NCBI GenBank assembly: GCA_964016885.1
Contig: OZ024766.1
Coordinates: 16,616,001 to 16,680,000 of the forward strand
DNA length: 64,000 nucleotides
Direction of reading: 5' to 3'
Source of the DNA: Eledone cirrhosa
Taxonomy: Eukaryota
The notes under the pieces are model-generated. The model worked only from the letters and a program-made list of their open reading frames with translations, ran no database searches and was not told the origin of the DNA. Shown in pieces: positions 11,400 through 27,236 of this stretch. Made by a program: the position numbers and the translations under genes. The first letter of the stretch is position 1. Each line of letters starts with the position of its first letter.

Positions 11400-13910
11400 T
11401 ATCTCTATACATATAGAAAATGGACAGAGTGTGTACTTCACTGAAACCACTGCTCATCAGTTGACACCAGCACCACCTGACACTACTCTAACTGCTTTTT
11501 TGAAACACTGCCAGAATAAAGAATTTGTTCGATCCCTCCTATATGCTGACATCCCAAAATACTACACCTGGACCTATTGTAAGACTTGGAATCAAAGGAA
11601 GCAGGGTCATTTAGTGGAAGGTGATGAAGTCAAGGCAAGTGATGCTATTGGGCATGTTTACAATGACCACCCCAACAACAGAGAGAGTTTTTATTTACAG
11701 TTACTTCTGGATATTGTTCAAGGACCAACGTCATTTGAGGATCTCAGGTGATTTGGTGGAAGAGTGCAGCAAATAACAAGAAGCATCTAAAGGACATCAA
11801 CTCCTGCATGGCAATTGACATTGGAAGAAGAGACAAGAAGGGGCAGTCACTGGAGTAGCCAGTTAAATAAGACAGCCATGGACTCCTGTATGACAACTGA
11901 GATTGGAAGAAGAGACTAGAAGGAGCAGTTACTGGAGTAGCCAGTTAAATAAGACAGCCATGGACTCCTGTATGACAACTGAGATTGGAAGAAGAGACTA
12001 GAAGGAGCAGTCACTGGTGTAGCCAATTAAATAAGACATCCATGCACTCCCGTATGACAACTGGAATTGGAAGAAGAGACTAGAAGGAGCAGTCACTGGA
12101 GTAGCCAGTTAAATAAGACAGCCATGGACTCCTGTATGACAACTGACATTGGAAGAAGGGACTAGAAGGAGCAGTCACTGGAGTAGCCAGTTAAATAAGA
12201 CAGCCATGGACTCCTGTATGACAAGTGACATTGGAAGAAGAGACTAGAAGGAGCAGTCACTGGAGTAGCCAGTTAAATAAGACAGCCATGGACTCCTGTA
12301 TGACAACTGACATTGGAAGAAGGGAATAGAAGGAGCAGTCACTGGAGTAGCCAGTTAAATAAGACAGCCATGGACTCCTGTATGACAACTGACATTGGAA
12401 GAAGGGACTAGAAGGAGCAGTCACTGGAGTAGCCAATTAAATAAGACAGCCATGGACTCCTGTATGACAACTGACATTGGAAGAAGGGACTAGAAGGAGC
12501 AGTCACTGGAGTAGCCAGTTAAATAAGTCAGCCATGGACTCCTGTATGACAACTGACATTGGAAGAAGGGACTAGAAGGAGCAGTCACTGGAGTAGCCAG
12601 TTAAATAAGACAGACATGGACTCCTGTATGACAACTGACATTGGAAGAAGGGACTAGAAGGAGCAGTCACTGGAGTAGCCAATTAAATAAGACAGCCATG
12701 GACTCCTGTATGACAACTGACATTGGAAGAAGAGACTAGAAGGAGCAGTCACTGGAGCAGCCAGTTAAATAAGTCAGCCATGGACTCCTGTATGACAACT
12801 GACATTGGAAGAAGGGAATAGAAGAAGCAGTCACTGGAGTGGCCAATTAAATAAGACAGCCATGGACTCCTGTATGACAACTGACATTGGAAGAAGGGAA
12901 TAGAAGGAGCAGTCACTGGAGTAGCCAGTTAAATAAGACAGCCATGGACTCCTGTATGACAACTGAGATTGGAAGAATGGACTAGATGTAGCAGTCACTG
13001 GAGTAGCCAATTAAATAAGACAGCCATGGACTCCTGTATGACAACTGAGATTGGAAGAAGGGACTAGGAGGAGCAGTCACTGGAGTAGCCAATTAAATAA
13101 GACAGCCAGGGACTCCTGTATGACAACTGACATTGGAAGAAGGGACTAGAAGGAACAGTCACTGGAGTAGCCAGTTAAATAAGACAGCCATGGACTCCTG
13201 TATGACAACTGAGATTGGAAGAAGAGACTAGAAGGAGCAGTCACTGGAGTAGCCAATTAAATAAGACAGCCATGGACTCCTGTATGACAACTGGCATTGG
13301 AAGAAGGGACTAGAAGGAACAGTCACTGGAGTAGCCAGTTAAATAAGACAGCCATGGACTCCTGTATGACAACTGACATTGGAAGAAGGGAATAGAAGGA
13401 GCAGTCACTGGAGTGGCCAATTAAATAAGACAGCCATGGACTCCTGTATGACAACTGACATTCGAAGGAGAGACTAGGAGCAGTCACTGGAGTGGCCAAT
13501 TAAATAAGACAGCCATGGACACCTGTATGACAACTGACATTGGAAGAAGGGACTAGAAGGAGCAGTCACTGTAGTAGCCAGTTAAATAAGACAGCCATGG
13601 GCACCTGTATGACAACTAACATTGGAAGAAGGGACTAGAAGGAGCAGTCACTGGAGTAGCCAGTTAAATAAGACAGTTGTTTGCTACTATACTCACAGCA
13701 TGTGGAATAGATCTCATCTACCCTGGCAGGAGCACAAAAACAATATGTCAGACGACTATCTACACCTAGCCCAAAGACGTTATAGCAATATTTATGTGGA
13801 ATCTACCTCCAGGATTTACAATCAACCTCTGTGCAACCTGTCCCATTGAATTCCAGCAATGAATAGCAATGCGGGATGCCAGAGCCAGAAGAAATTGAGG
13901 TAACACAATC
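11400..13910 (+). mobile_element. Degenerate Helitron Rep fragment (unit 2)
   Basis: ORFs 11386-11751 and 13622-13849 are near-identical to unit 1. Confidence 0.85.
11816..13676 (+). repeat. 82-bp minisatellite, about 22.7 copies
   Basis: Same monomer; one copy has a 3-bp deletion. Confidence 0.97.
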
Positions 13911-15411
13911 AGTTTTTCAGGAGACAAACCATGATATTGAAGTGTTGCGTAAGTTTGTGGATGAAAATAAACCTTGACTGGTGGATGACCAGAAATATGC
14001 CTACCACAACATCATGAAAAACATTCAACATGACAGCACCCAGCACTCACTGTAAATGAGGTTGGCATTAGGAAGGGCGTCCAGCTGTAGAAATCAAGCC
14101 AGAATCAGTTCCCGTCCCACCCTTGCAAGCAGGGAAAAAGCGGACGAGAAATGAAATAATGATGAATGATGATGTCCCTCCCATTTTTTCAATAGGGTCA
14201 CTTTAACGAATCAAAAGATAAATAGCAGAAAAACAGGCCCTAAAATATATTTTCCGTGCTATTTCCAACTTCACCTTTTCTCTATATATAGAGAGAGAGC
14301 GAGAGGACAATTTGTCATGTCTTCATTACATTTATTGAGCAGTGAAGCACGTTTTGCTATCGATCAGCTCAAGCTTTGATCTGTATTGATCTAGCTTGAC
14401 TCTGGAATTAAAAGCTTGTCAGACTTCTGTTGTGGTAATAATGTTACAATCCCTAGATATCATCATCATTGCTTAATGTCTATCTTCCATGCTAGCATGG
14501 GTTGGACGGGTTTGTCGTATTTAGAAGCAAGTTAGGTCGGGTGACTGTGTCTCGCTCATATGTAAATATATATAGCAGGCGCTGCAAAAAAGATCCGGAA
14601 ACTAACCATGCATCCCAGACATGGCTTCAAATGACCCAGGCGGGCAGGTGCAGCAAACAAACGTTGCATACCTGACCCTGTGCATATCGACAATGGTAGG
14701 GTTGTAACCATATCTTGTAACAGATTAAAAAAATTTTCCGGGAAAGACTGCCCTAACACCAGCTAGAGTTACCTCCCTTGACCTACTGCAACATCAAAAC
14801 ACACTTTTTTGCGAAGAATGAACTCTGACGTGAACTTATCTCTAAAAACACATTCTGGGCCATGTAAGGAACACTTTTTAGTTATTCATACCCTTGAGAA
14901 GCCCATCCAGGTGAAACGTACATCTTTTAACGGTCTGTTCTGCTATATTTTACTTTTCCACGTATATATATAGTTATATATATATATATCAACTAGAAAT
15001 TGATTGACATATAAATAAACATATGAAACAATCACAGGGGATAATTTGTAAAAGTGTGTAAGCACACATAGCTAGGTAGGTAACTAAGTAAATTTAACTA
15101 GAACTTCAAAAATAGATACCTTAGAAAATGATTAATCTTCCTTGTATATATTCCATTAAAGAAATATATTTCACCAATTAATCGATTGGTAAACGACAGT
15201 AACCAGATCTTGGATTCTCAACAAGGAAGAAGTCCAACCATCTGTGTTTACGCATCAAGTTCAAATCAGCGACTGACCAGTAACACGTGCTGTATCTACT
15301 AAAAATACACACATCATACCAGCTTCGTCCCAGTTGCGTGAATAGGGTTATTGACAACTAGAAACAGCAGTCACGTCCTTTCAACAGAGTTATCTCTACA
15401 ATTAAGGGGCC

Positions 15412-15645
15412 GTATTTATATATATATATATATCCAAAATTAAGATAAATTAAAATAAAATTAATCTATATCAAATTATGGGTTTCATGCCAGAAAGACA
15501 TGCGCCATATCACCCGTAAAATAAGCTCCATGGAGCTTATTTTACGGGTGATATGTCACATGTCTTTCTGGCATGACTCCCATAATTTGATTTAGATTAA
15601 TTTTATTTTAATTTATTATAATTTTGGATATATATATATAAATAC
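15412..15645. repeat. Long palindrome, unit 2
   Basis: Same arms around GCTCCATGGAGC. Confidence 0.92.
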
Positions 15646-15945
15646 AGAGAAAGAGAAGAGTAGACAACAGACAATGACAAAGAAGAGGAATTAACCACCC
15701 CAGTATTTCACTGGTATTTCATTTATTGACCTCAAAATATCGAAGCAACTTTACCTCAGTGGGATTTGTACTCTGAGAACTAGAACAGACACTGAAAATA
15801 TATCAAGATGTGCACACATGTATATAAGAACACATATAAACATACATATACATATACACACACACATATACACAAATAAAGATAATCATTTTCATGGACA
15901 GAAATTTCTACACACTGACATATACACTCATACATATATATATAT

Positions 15946-16068
15946 ATAGGAAAATGTTTAACCCCGATGGCAGAGCTCAAGCCATTTCGACGGTTATGTC
16001 TGGACTGTTTCCAGAAATAGCCGTTGAAACGGATTGAGCTCTGCCGTCGGGGTTAAACATTTTCCTAT
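15946..16068. repeat. 123-bp hairpin, unit 2
   Basis: Same inverted repeat as 5484-5606. Confidence 0.9.
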
Positions 16069-16504
16069 TACCCGCTCTACTACCCCAAGTATTGAGTACT
16101 CTGGTGCGTATATGGTCCATCTGGTTCTTTACCACACCTCCTTTGTTATATATATATATATATATAAAATTATAAGAAACGAAAGGAGCTGTGTGGTTAC
16201 TGTAAACAAAGTTTAAGATGGTAATATGGATGAAAAGAGAAAATAAACCCTTCATCAGCTGTAAACCGAGATCATAGATGTTTTGGCACATATATATATA
16301 TACAGTGTTTTTAAATTCTGTACCATACAGATTTGTCAGCACAAGTCTTGGTTACAACTTCTACAAATAAAATGAAAGGAGAATAATTTCAGAACAAACA
16401 AGTTTTATTCAAGACATTAACAACATTGGTGGCACTATTTTGGGTGAGTGATATGGTTTTTATCTTGTCTGATTGTGTTTCTGTTACATTAAGTAACCTT
16501 ATGT

Positions 16505-16952
16505 TGGTACCACAACATTTAGAAAATGATTTACCACAGACATCACAGTGATAAGGTTCCTCTCCTGTATATGTTAGTGTCTAGTGAAGTCACAACATTT
16601 AGAGAATGATTAACTGCAGATATCACAGTGATATGGTTCCTTTTCTGTAAATGTTAGTGCTGAGTGAAGTGACTTATTTCAGAGAATGATTTCCCACAGA
16701 TATCACAGTGATATGGTTTCTCTCCTGTATATATATGTTTGTGTCTAGTTAAGCTAGCTTTTATAGATAACAATTTCCACAGATATCACAGTAATATGGC
16801 TTTTCTCCAGTATATATTTATGTTTGTATGTAGTTAATGTAGCAATACAAGAGAATAATTTTTACACAATATCAGTGGTATGGCTTCTCACTCATATGAA
16901 TGTATTTGTGTCTAATTAATTTACAATTTTGAGACAATGAGATATGACTTTG
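16505..16952 (-). pseudogene. Degenerate finger tail, unit 2
   Basis: About 5 decayed fingers after the stop. Confidence 0.8.
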
Positions 16953-17936
<984 letters not shown>

Positions 17937-18439
17937 TTAATATTTTTCATATTATATTCCTAAAAAATATTTCTTCTGTTATATTTCCCTCAATTATGAT
18001 CTCAGTTAATACCTGAAGATGATGCAAACTTCTTTGTCATTGAAGCTGAGTTAAAATACAAAATATATCTCTCATATATATATACCACACAGTGAAGAAA
18101 AGGAATTTTGTCTTTAAACTCAGTTCTGAGGAAATATATCACAGTAATTCTGATAGATTTATATAAACAGTGTTATATAAGTTCTGTTTAAAAAGTTTTA
18201 ATCTTCAAATGATGATAAATAGAGGTGATGAATCCAAGATTGAAGATAATAATTTATCCTAATGTCATCTGATATTCTGAAATGAAAAAGAAACAGTATG
18301 AAATAATAGAGAATACTTAAGAAGCAGAGATAGATTTAACAGTGGAAATTTTACATCTATAAACCCTGGAAACTTTTTATTGAAAAATCAAATTATTTTA
18401 GTTTTTAATTAGTTACAAGAAATCTTTCTCCACACCTGC

Positions 18440-19370
18440 AACCATGAGTGTATCTGGGGTTCTTTTCTCTTCAGAGAGATGGATCCTCATGAGATGGAGA
18501 GAATACTTTGCTGATCTCCCAAACCCGATCACAACAGCATCTTCGGATGTACATGAGGTGAATCTGATAGCGGTGACTAATCTCTCGGAGGCTGAGGTCA
18601 CAAGAGCAATTAAAGAGCTCAAATGTGACCGACTCATGTGTGTCAGATGGCCTGGGTCTCTGAAATGGCACTCAAGCAAAGGCAATCGGGAGTGATAATC
18701 CCAATTTATAAAAAGGGACACACGAGAGATTGTTCCAAATAGAGAGGGATCACCTTGTTAAGACTCCCTGGTAAAGTATATGCAAAGTTTCTGGCAAAGT
18801 GATGTAGCGAGTCCAAGCTAGCTGATGGACAGTGCTGTTTTCTCCCTGGGTGCAACATAACCCACCAAATATTCACACTGTGGCAGGTCTTTGAGAAATC
18901 GTGGGAGTATTGCTAAGAGGTATATATTATCGTTTTATAGACCTTGAAAATGCACATGATCGCATTCTTCAGGACCTGCTGAGCATACAGGAGTTCCCAT
19001 GGGCAGCCAGTCTTAAACATCTCTGTTATAGGCTGCAGGACGATAATAACTAAGTGAGGGCTAAGAACAGAGCCCTGGTGGACACCAGACTACACTCCAA
19101 ATTATTCACTATAATTGTTTCTATTTTAAACACAAGGCCAGCAATTACCCAGTACATTACTGGTACTTTATTTTATCAACCCCGTATGGATGTAAGTCAA
19201 AGTTAACCTCGGCGGGATTTGAACTCAGATCATAAAGGGACGTAACTCTGTGCCTCAAAGCATGGTGTCCGACTCTCTACCGATACTGCCACTTCACTAT
19301 AATGAATGTTAATCCTGACATTGCTGACTGCTCTTCTATACATGGCTTTATGATCCTCTATACAAGACAT
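18440..19370. mobile_element. Opposed RTE-LINE fragments with nested SINE (19116-19292), unit 2
   Basis: Same composite as 8940-9770; TSD TTCACTATAAT. Confidence 0.8.
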
Positions 19371-20873
19371 GTATCAGACGGTTATTCAGCTAGCTCTTTA
19401 GAGTATTAGAACCTTATTATGTACAGCCACCGAGATCCCACAACAACAGATGTCCCTTCACCATCAAAGCAGTTCCCTGAAATACAGATACTCAACCCCT
19501 ACTTGGCTGGCTAACTCAGACATAATTATAATGAAATGAAACCCACAATAAAGTAATGTTCAACCATAAGTAGATGAAGTTAATTAAATTGTAAGAGATT
19601 TAGACTAAAATAGACAAAATATTAATTTACTTAAAGCAACAACAAGGTACAGCTAAATATAAAATATATTTTATAATGTACGGTAGTGAACCACATAATT
19701 AAATAGACGGAGGTAATTTAAATAATAAATATATCTTTAATTTATTTAAAGCAATAACAAGGTATAGCTAAATATAAACTATATTTTATAATGTAAGGTA
19801 GTGAACCACATAATTAAATAGACGGAGGTAATTTAAATAATAAAGACAGTCATAACAATATATTTTATATCACATGTAACAGTGGAATCTGGTTAATTAC
19901 TGGTGCGTTGTAGGGGTCACATAATTATATTATTTACACACATTAATCTAGACATTAAGTAAATCTTTGTCAACTTACCTCCTTCACATATAATCAATGT
20001 ATTGTGTTGTTAGTTGTTACTAAACAACCAAAGAAATAATCTCTTTGTTATCAAATTAGAAGTTCCAATGTTATCAGCTTTATTTCACGACATTAACGTT
20101 GGTGTATCTTCTTCATCTTTAGTCATAAATTGATATCTTGTCAGAATGAAGTAGTGAGGCTGACTTTATGTCTTTAGCTACAGATTTGTTGGAAATATAT
20201 ATATATTAGGTTGATATGTGGTCTAAAATATATATATATTGTCTATAAATGACTGAGAGCAGATGTTCTGGTGAAATAGTAGTTTTACTACTACAGATTG
20301 TAATGGAACTCTTAGTAGACACAATTGTAAAGTAAGAATAGATATGACAGTGTAAGACTGATGTCGGGTTATTAAACTTGTGTGTGTGTATATATATATA
20401 ATTGTTACACAAGATATAATTAGATTAATTAAAGTTATAACGAAGACAGCGGGTGCTCGGTGTCTTAGCGAATGTTTCGACTCTCGTACCGGTGTCAAAC
20501 GTTAAAAGTCCCTGACATAATTTAGTACCTTCACACATATTTCCAGTCGTATTTAATTCTATAGTGATGTGATTTATTAAAAAGAAATGTGATAATTGTT
20601 TCTACTTTTGGCACAAGGCCAGCAATTCCACCAGTGTATTACTGGTACATTATTTTATCGACCCCGTAATAATTGTTTCTACTTTAGGCACAAGGCCAGT
20701 AAATACGCCAGTGAATTACTGGTACTTTATTTTATCGACACCGTAATAATTGTTTCTAATTTAGGCACAAGGCCAGCAAATACCCCAGTACATTATTGGT
20801 ACTTTATTTTATCGACCCCGTAGGGATGAAAGGCAAAGCTAACCTCTGAGGGATTAACTTTGCTTTTCATCCT

Positions 20874-22555
20874 TATCTCTATACATATAGAAAATGGACA
20901 GAGTGTGTACTTCACTGAAACCACTGCTCATCAATTGACACCAGCACCACCTGACACTACTCTAACTGCTTTTTTGAAACTCTGCCAGAATAAAGAATTT
21001 GTTCGATCCCTCCTATATGCTGACATCCCAAAATACTACACCTGGACCAATTGTAAGACTTGGAATCAAAGGAGGCAGGGTCATTTAGTGGAAGGTGATG
21101 AAGTCAAGGCAAGTGATGCTATTGGGCATGTTTACAATGACCACCCCAACAACAGAGAGAGTTTTTATTTACAGCCACTTCTGCATATTGTTCAAGGACC
21201 AACGTCATTTGAGGATCTCAGGTGATTTGGTGGGAGAGTGCATCACATACCAAGAAGCATCTAAAGAACATCAACTCATGCATGGCAATTGACATTAGAA
21301 GAAGCAGTCACTGGAGTAGCCAGTTAAATAAGACAGCCATGGACTCCTGTATGACAACTGACATTGGAAGAAGGGACTAGAAGGAGCAGTCACTGGAGTA
21401 GCCAGTTAAATAAGACAGCCATGGACTCCTGTATGACAACTGACATTGGAAGAAGGGACTAGAAGGAGCAGTCACTGTAGTAGTCAGTTAAATAAGACAG
21501 CCATGGACACCTGTATGACAACTGGCATTGGAAGAAGGGACTAGAAGGAGCAGTCACTGGAGTAGCCAGTTAAATAAGACAGCCATGGACACCTGTATGA
21601 CAACTGACATTGGAAGAAGGGACTAGAAGGAGCAGTCACTGGAGTAGCCAGTTAAATAAGACAGCCATGGACACCTGTATGACAACTGACATTGGAAGAA
21701 GGGACTAGAAGGAGCAGTCAGAGGAGTAGCCAGTTAAATAAGACAGCCATGGACACCTGTATGACAACTGACATTGGAAGAAGGGACTAGAAGGAGCAGT
21801 CACTGGAGTAGCCAGTTAAATAAGACAGCCATGGACACCTGTATGACAACTGACATTGGAAGAAGGGACTAGAAGGAGCAGTCAGAGGAGTAGCCAGTTA
21901 AATAAGACAGCCATGGACTCCTGTATGACAACTGACATTGGAAGAAGAGACTAGAAGTAGCAGTCACTGAGTAGCCAGTTAAATAAGACAGCCATGGACT
22001 CCTGTATGACAACTGACATTGGAAGAAGAGACTAGTAGGAGCAGTCACAGGAGTAGCCAGTTAAATAAGACAGCCATGGGCTCCTGTATGACAACTGACA
22101 TTGGAAGAAGAAACTAGAAAGAGCAGTCACTGGAGTAGCCAGTTAAATAAGACAGCCATGGACTCCTGTATGACAACTGACATTGGAAGAAGAGACTAGT
22201 AGGAGCAGTCACAGGAGTAGCCAGTTAAATAAGACAGCCATGGACACCTGTATGACAACTAACATTGGAAGAAGGGACTAGAAGGATCAGTCACTGGAGT
22301 AGCCAGTTAAATAAGACAGTTGTTTGCTACTATACTCACAGCATGTGGAATAGATCTCATCTACCCTGGCAGGAGTACAAAAACAATATGTCAGACGACT
22401 ACCTACACCTAGCCCAAAGACGTTATAGCAATATTTATGTGGAATCTACCTCCAGGATTTACAATCAACCTCTGTGCAACCTGTCCCATTGAATTCCAGC
22501 AATGAATAGCAATGCGGGATGCCAGAGCCAGAAGAAATTGAGGTAACACAATCAG
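20874..22555 (+). mobile_element. Degenerate Helitron Rep fragment (unit 3)
   Basis: ORFs 20860-21225 and 22265-22492. Confidence 0.85.
21290..22319 (+). repeat. 82-bp minisatellite, about 12.7 copies
   Basis: Same monomer; the first copy lacks 13 bp. Confidence 0.97.
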
Positions 22556-24068
22556 TTTTTCAGGAGACAAACCATGATATTGAAGTGTTGTGTAAGTTTG
22601 TGGATGAAAATAAACCTTGACTGGTGGATAACCAGAAATATGCCTACCACAACATCTTGAAAAACATTCAACATGACAGCACCCAGCACTCACTGTAAAT
22701 GAGGTTGGCATTAGGAAGGGCGTCCAGCTGTAAAAATCAAGCCAGAATCAGTTCCCTTCCCACCCTTGCAAGCAGGGAAAAAGTGGACGTGAAATGAAAT
22801 GATGATGAATGATGATGTCCCTCCCATTTTTCCAATAGAGTCACTTTAATGAATCAAAAGATAAATCGCAGAAAAACAGGCCCTAAAATATATTTTCTGT
22901 GCTATTTCAAACTTCACCTTTTCTCTATATAGAGAGAGAGAGCGAGAGGACAATTTGTCATGTCTTCATTACATTTATTGAGCAGTGAAGCACGTTTTGC
23001 TATCGATCAGCTCAAGGTTTGATCTGTATTGATCTAGCCTGACTCTGGAATCAAAAGCTTGTCAGACTTCTGTTGTGGTAATGTTACAATCCCTAGATAT
23101 CATCATCATCGATTAATGTCTATCTTCCATGCTAGCATGGGTTGGACGGGTTTGTCGTATTGAGAAGCAAGTTAGGTCGGGTGACTGTGTCTCGCTCATA
23201 TATATATATATATAGCAGGCGCTGCAAAAAAAATCCGGAAACTAACCATGCATCCCAGACATGGCTTCAAATGACCCAGGCGGGCAGGTGCAGCAAACAA
23301 ACGTTGCATACCTGACCCTGTGCGTATCGACAATGGTAGGGTTGTAACCATATCTTTTAACAGCTAAAAAATTTTCCGGGAAAGACTGCCCTAACACCAG
23401 CTAGAGTTACCTCCCTTGACCTACTGCAACATCAAAACACGCTTTTTTGCGTAGAATGAACTCTGACGTGAACTTATCTCTAAAAACACATTCTGGGCCA
23501 TGTAAGGAACACTTTTTAGTTATTTATACCCTTGAGAAGCCCATCCAGGTGAAAATTACATAGGTGCTATTTTAAATAAACATCTTTTAACGGTCTGTTC
23601 TGCTATATTTTACTTTTCCACGTATATATATATATATATATATATCAACTAGAAATTGATTGACATATAAATAAACATATGAAACCATCACAGGGGATAA
23701 TTTGTAAAAGTGTGTAAGCACACATAGCTAGGTAGGTAACTAAATAAAGTTTAACTAGAACTTCAAAAATAGATACCTTAGAAAATGATTAATCTTCCTT
23801 GTATATATTCCATTAAAGAAATATATTTCACCAATTAATCGATTGGTAAACGACAGTAGCCAGATCTTGGATTCTCAACAAGGAAGAAGTCCAACCATCT
23901 GTGTTTACGCATCAAGTTCAAATCAGCGACTGACCAGTAACACGTGCTGTATCTACTAAAAATACACACATCATACCAGCTTCGTCCCAGTTAGGTGAAT
24001 AGGGTTATTGACAACTAGAAACAGCAGTCACGTCCTTTCAACAGAGTTATCTCTACAATTAAGGGGCC

Positions 24069-24298
24069 GTATTTATATATATATATCCAAAATTAAGATA
24101 AATTAAAATAAAATTAATCTATATCAAATTATGGGTGTCATGCCAGAAAGACATGCACCATATCACCCGTAAAATAAGCTCCATGGAGCTTATTTTACGG
24201 GTGATATGTCACATGTCTTTCTGGCATGACTCCCATAATTTGATTTAGATTAATTTTATTTTAATTTATTATAATTTTGGATATATATATATAAATAC
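24069..24298. repeat. Long palindrome, unit 3
   Basis: Same arms. Confidence 0.92.
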
Positions 24299-24566
24299 AG
24301 AGAAAGAGAAGAGTAGACAACAGACAATGACAAAGAAGAGGAATTAACCACCCCAGTATTTCACTGGTATTTCATTTATTGACCTCAAAATATCGAAGCA
24401 ACTTTACCTCAGTGGGATTTGTACTCTGAGAACTAGAACAGACACTGAAAATATATCAAGATGTGCACACATGTATATAAGAACACATATAAACATACAT
24501 ATACATATACACACACACATATACACAAATAAAGATAATCATTTTCATGGACAGAAATTTCTACAC

Positions 24567-24656
24567 AAGCCATTTCGACGGTTATGTCTGGACTGTTTCC
24601 AGAAATAGCCGTCGAAACGGATTGAGCTCTGCCGTCGGGGTTAAACATTTTCCTAT
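24567..24656. repeat. Hairpin with deleted outer left arm, unit 3
   Basis: CTACAC joins directly to AAGCCATTTCG. Confidence 0.85.
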
Positions 24657-25538
24657 TACCCGCTCTACTACCCCAAGTATTGAGTACTCTGGTGCGTATA
24701 TGGTCCATCTGGTTCTTTACCACACCTCCTTTGTTATATATATATATATATAAAATTATAAGAAACGAAAGGAGCTGTGTGGTTACTGTAAACAAAGTTT
24801 AAGATGGTAATATGGATGAAAGGAGAAAATAAACCCTTCATCAGCTGTAAACCGAGATCATAGATGTTTTGGCACATATATATATATACAGTGTTTTTAA
24901 ATTCTGTACCATACAGATTTGTCAGCACAAGTCTTGGTTACAACTTCTACAAATAAAATGAAAGGAGAATAATTTCAGAACAAACAAGTTTTATTCAAGA
25001 CATTAACAACATTGGTGGCACTATTTTGGGTGAGTGATATGGTTTTTATCTTGTCTGATTGTGTTTCTGTTACATTAAGTAACCTTATGTTGGTACCACA
25101 ACATTTAGAAAATGATTTACCACAGACATCACAGTGATAAGGTTCCTCTCCTGTATATGTTAGTGTCTAGTGAAGTCACAACATTTAGAGAATGATTTAC
25201 TGCAGATATCACAGTGATATGGTTCCTTTTCTGTAAATGTTAGTGCTGAGTGAAGTGACTTATTTCAGAGAATGATTTCCCACAGATATCACAGTGATAT
25301 GGTTTCTCTCCTGTATATATATGTTTGTGTCTAGTTAAGCTAGCTTTTATAGATAACAATTTCCACAGATATCACAGTAATATGGCTTTTCTCCAGTATA
25401 TATTTATGTTTGTATGTAGTTAATGTAGCAATACAAGAGAATAATTTCTACACAATATCAGTGGTATGGCTTCTCACTCATATGAATGTATTTGTGTCTA
25501 ATTAATTTACAATTTTGAGACAATGAGATATGACTTTG

Positions 25539-27236
25539 TTATGGTTTCTTACCTGTATGGGTAAATTTGTGTTTAGTTAAATTACTTAATTGAGAGAATG
25601 ATTTACCACAGATATCACAGTGATGTGGCTTCTCACCTGTATGGATACGTAAGTGTTGAGTTAAGGGACTACTTTGAGAGAATGATTTACCACAGATATC
25701 ACAGTGGTATGGCGTGTCTCCTGTATGGATACGTAAGTGCTCAGTTAAGTAACTTCTTCGAGAGAATGATTTACCACAGATATCACAGCGATATGGCTTG
25801 TCTCCTGTATGGATACGTTTGTGGCTAGTTAAGGCAGGACTTTGAGAGAATGATTTACCACAGATATCACAGTGATATGGCTTCTCTCCCGTATGTGTAC
25901 GTTTGTGTCTAGTTAATTTACTATTTTCAAAGAATGATTTACCACAGATATCACGGTGATATGGCTTCTCTCCTGTATGTATACGTTTGTGGCTAGTTAA
26001 GGTACTACTATCATAGAATGATTTACAACAGATATCACAGTGATATGGCTTCTCTCCTGTATGTATACTTTTGTGTCTAGTTAAGGTACCACTTCGAGAG
26101 AATGATTGACCACAGATATCACAGTGATATGGCGTGTCTCCTGTATGGATACGTAAGTGTTGAGTTAAGGGACTACTTTGAGAGAATGATTTACCACAGA
26201 TATCACAGCGATATGGCTTCTCCCCTGTATGGATACGTAAGTGCTCAGTTAAGTAACTTCTTCGAGAGAATGATTTACCACAGATATCACAGCGATATGG
26301 CTTGTCTCCTGTATGGATACGTTTGTGGCTAGTTAAGGCAGGACTTTGAGAGAATGATTTACCACAGATATCACAGTGATATGGCTTCTCTCCCGTATGT
26401 GTACGTTTGTGTCTAGTTAATTTACTATTTTCAAAGAATGATTTACCACAGATATCACAGTGATATGGCTTCTCTCCTGTATGTATACGTTTATGGCTAG
26501 TTAAGGTACTACTATCATAGAATGATTTACAACAGATATCACAGTGGTATGGCTTCTCTCCTGTATGTATACTTTTGTGTCTAGTTAAGGTACCACTTCG
26601 AGAGAATGATTGAGCACAGATATCACAGTGATATGGCTTGTCTCCTGTATGTATACGTTTGTGGCTAGTTAAGGTACTACTATCATAGAATGATTTACAA
26701 CAGATATCACAGTGGTATGGCTTCTCTGCTGTATGTATACGTTTGTGGCTTGTTAAGGCATTACTCTGAGAATATGATTTACCACAGATATCACAGTGAT
26801 ATGGCTTGTCTCCAGTATGTACACGTTTGTGGCTAGTTAAGTGACCACTTTCAGAGAATGATTTACCACAGATATCACAGTGATATGGTTTCTCACCTGT
26901 ATGTATACGCATGTGGCTAGTTAATATACTACTTCGAGAGAATGATTTACCACAGATATCACAGTGATATGGTTTCTCACCTGTATGTATACGCATGTGG
27001 CTAGTTAAATTACTACTTTGAGAGAATGATTTACCACAGATATCACAGTGGTATGGCTTCTCTCCCGGATGTGTACGTTTGTGACTTGTTAATTTACTAC
27101 TAACAGAGAATGATTTACCACACACATCACAGTGATATGGCTTCTCTCCTCTATCCTTTGACATCTCTTCTGTAATAGCCATATCTTTAGTCATTGTTTC
27201 ACATTTAACCTTCTTTTCACTCAATTTATTTTCCAT
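25539..27236 (-). CDS. C2H2 zinc-finger protein, 19 fingers, one with C>R (unit 3)
   Basis: 565-aa ORF = 33 + 19 x 28 aa. Confidence 0.92.
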   Translation of the reverse strand: MENKLSEKKVKCETMTKDMAITEEMSKDRGEKPYHCDVCGKSFSVSSKLTSHKRTHPGEKPYHCDICGKSFSQSSNLTSHMRIHTGEKPYHCDICGKSFSRSSILTSHMRIHTGEKPYHCDICGKSFSESGHLTSHKRVHTGDKPYHCDICGKSYSQSNALTSHKRIHTAEKPYHCDICCKSFYDSSTLTSHKRIHTGDKPYHCDICAQSFSRSGTLTRHKSIHTGEKPYHCDICCKSFYDSSTLTSHKRIHTGEKPYHCDICGKSFFENSKLTRHKRTHTGEKPYHCDICGKSFSQSPALTSHKRIHTGDKPYRCDICGKSFSRRSYLTEHLRIHTGEKPYRCDICGKSFSQSSPLTQHLRIHTGDTPYHCDICGQSFSRSGTLTRHKSIHTGEKPYHCDICCKSFYDSSTLTSHKRIHTGEKPYHRDICGKSFFENSKLTRHKRTHTGEKPYHCDICGKSFSQSPALTSHKRIHTGDKPYRCDICGKSFSRRSYLTEHLRIHTGDTPYHCDICGKSFSQSSPLTQHLRIHTGEKPHHCDICGKSFSQLSNLTKHKFTHTGKKP

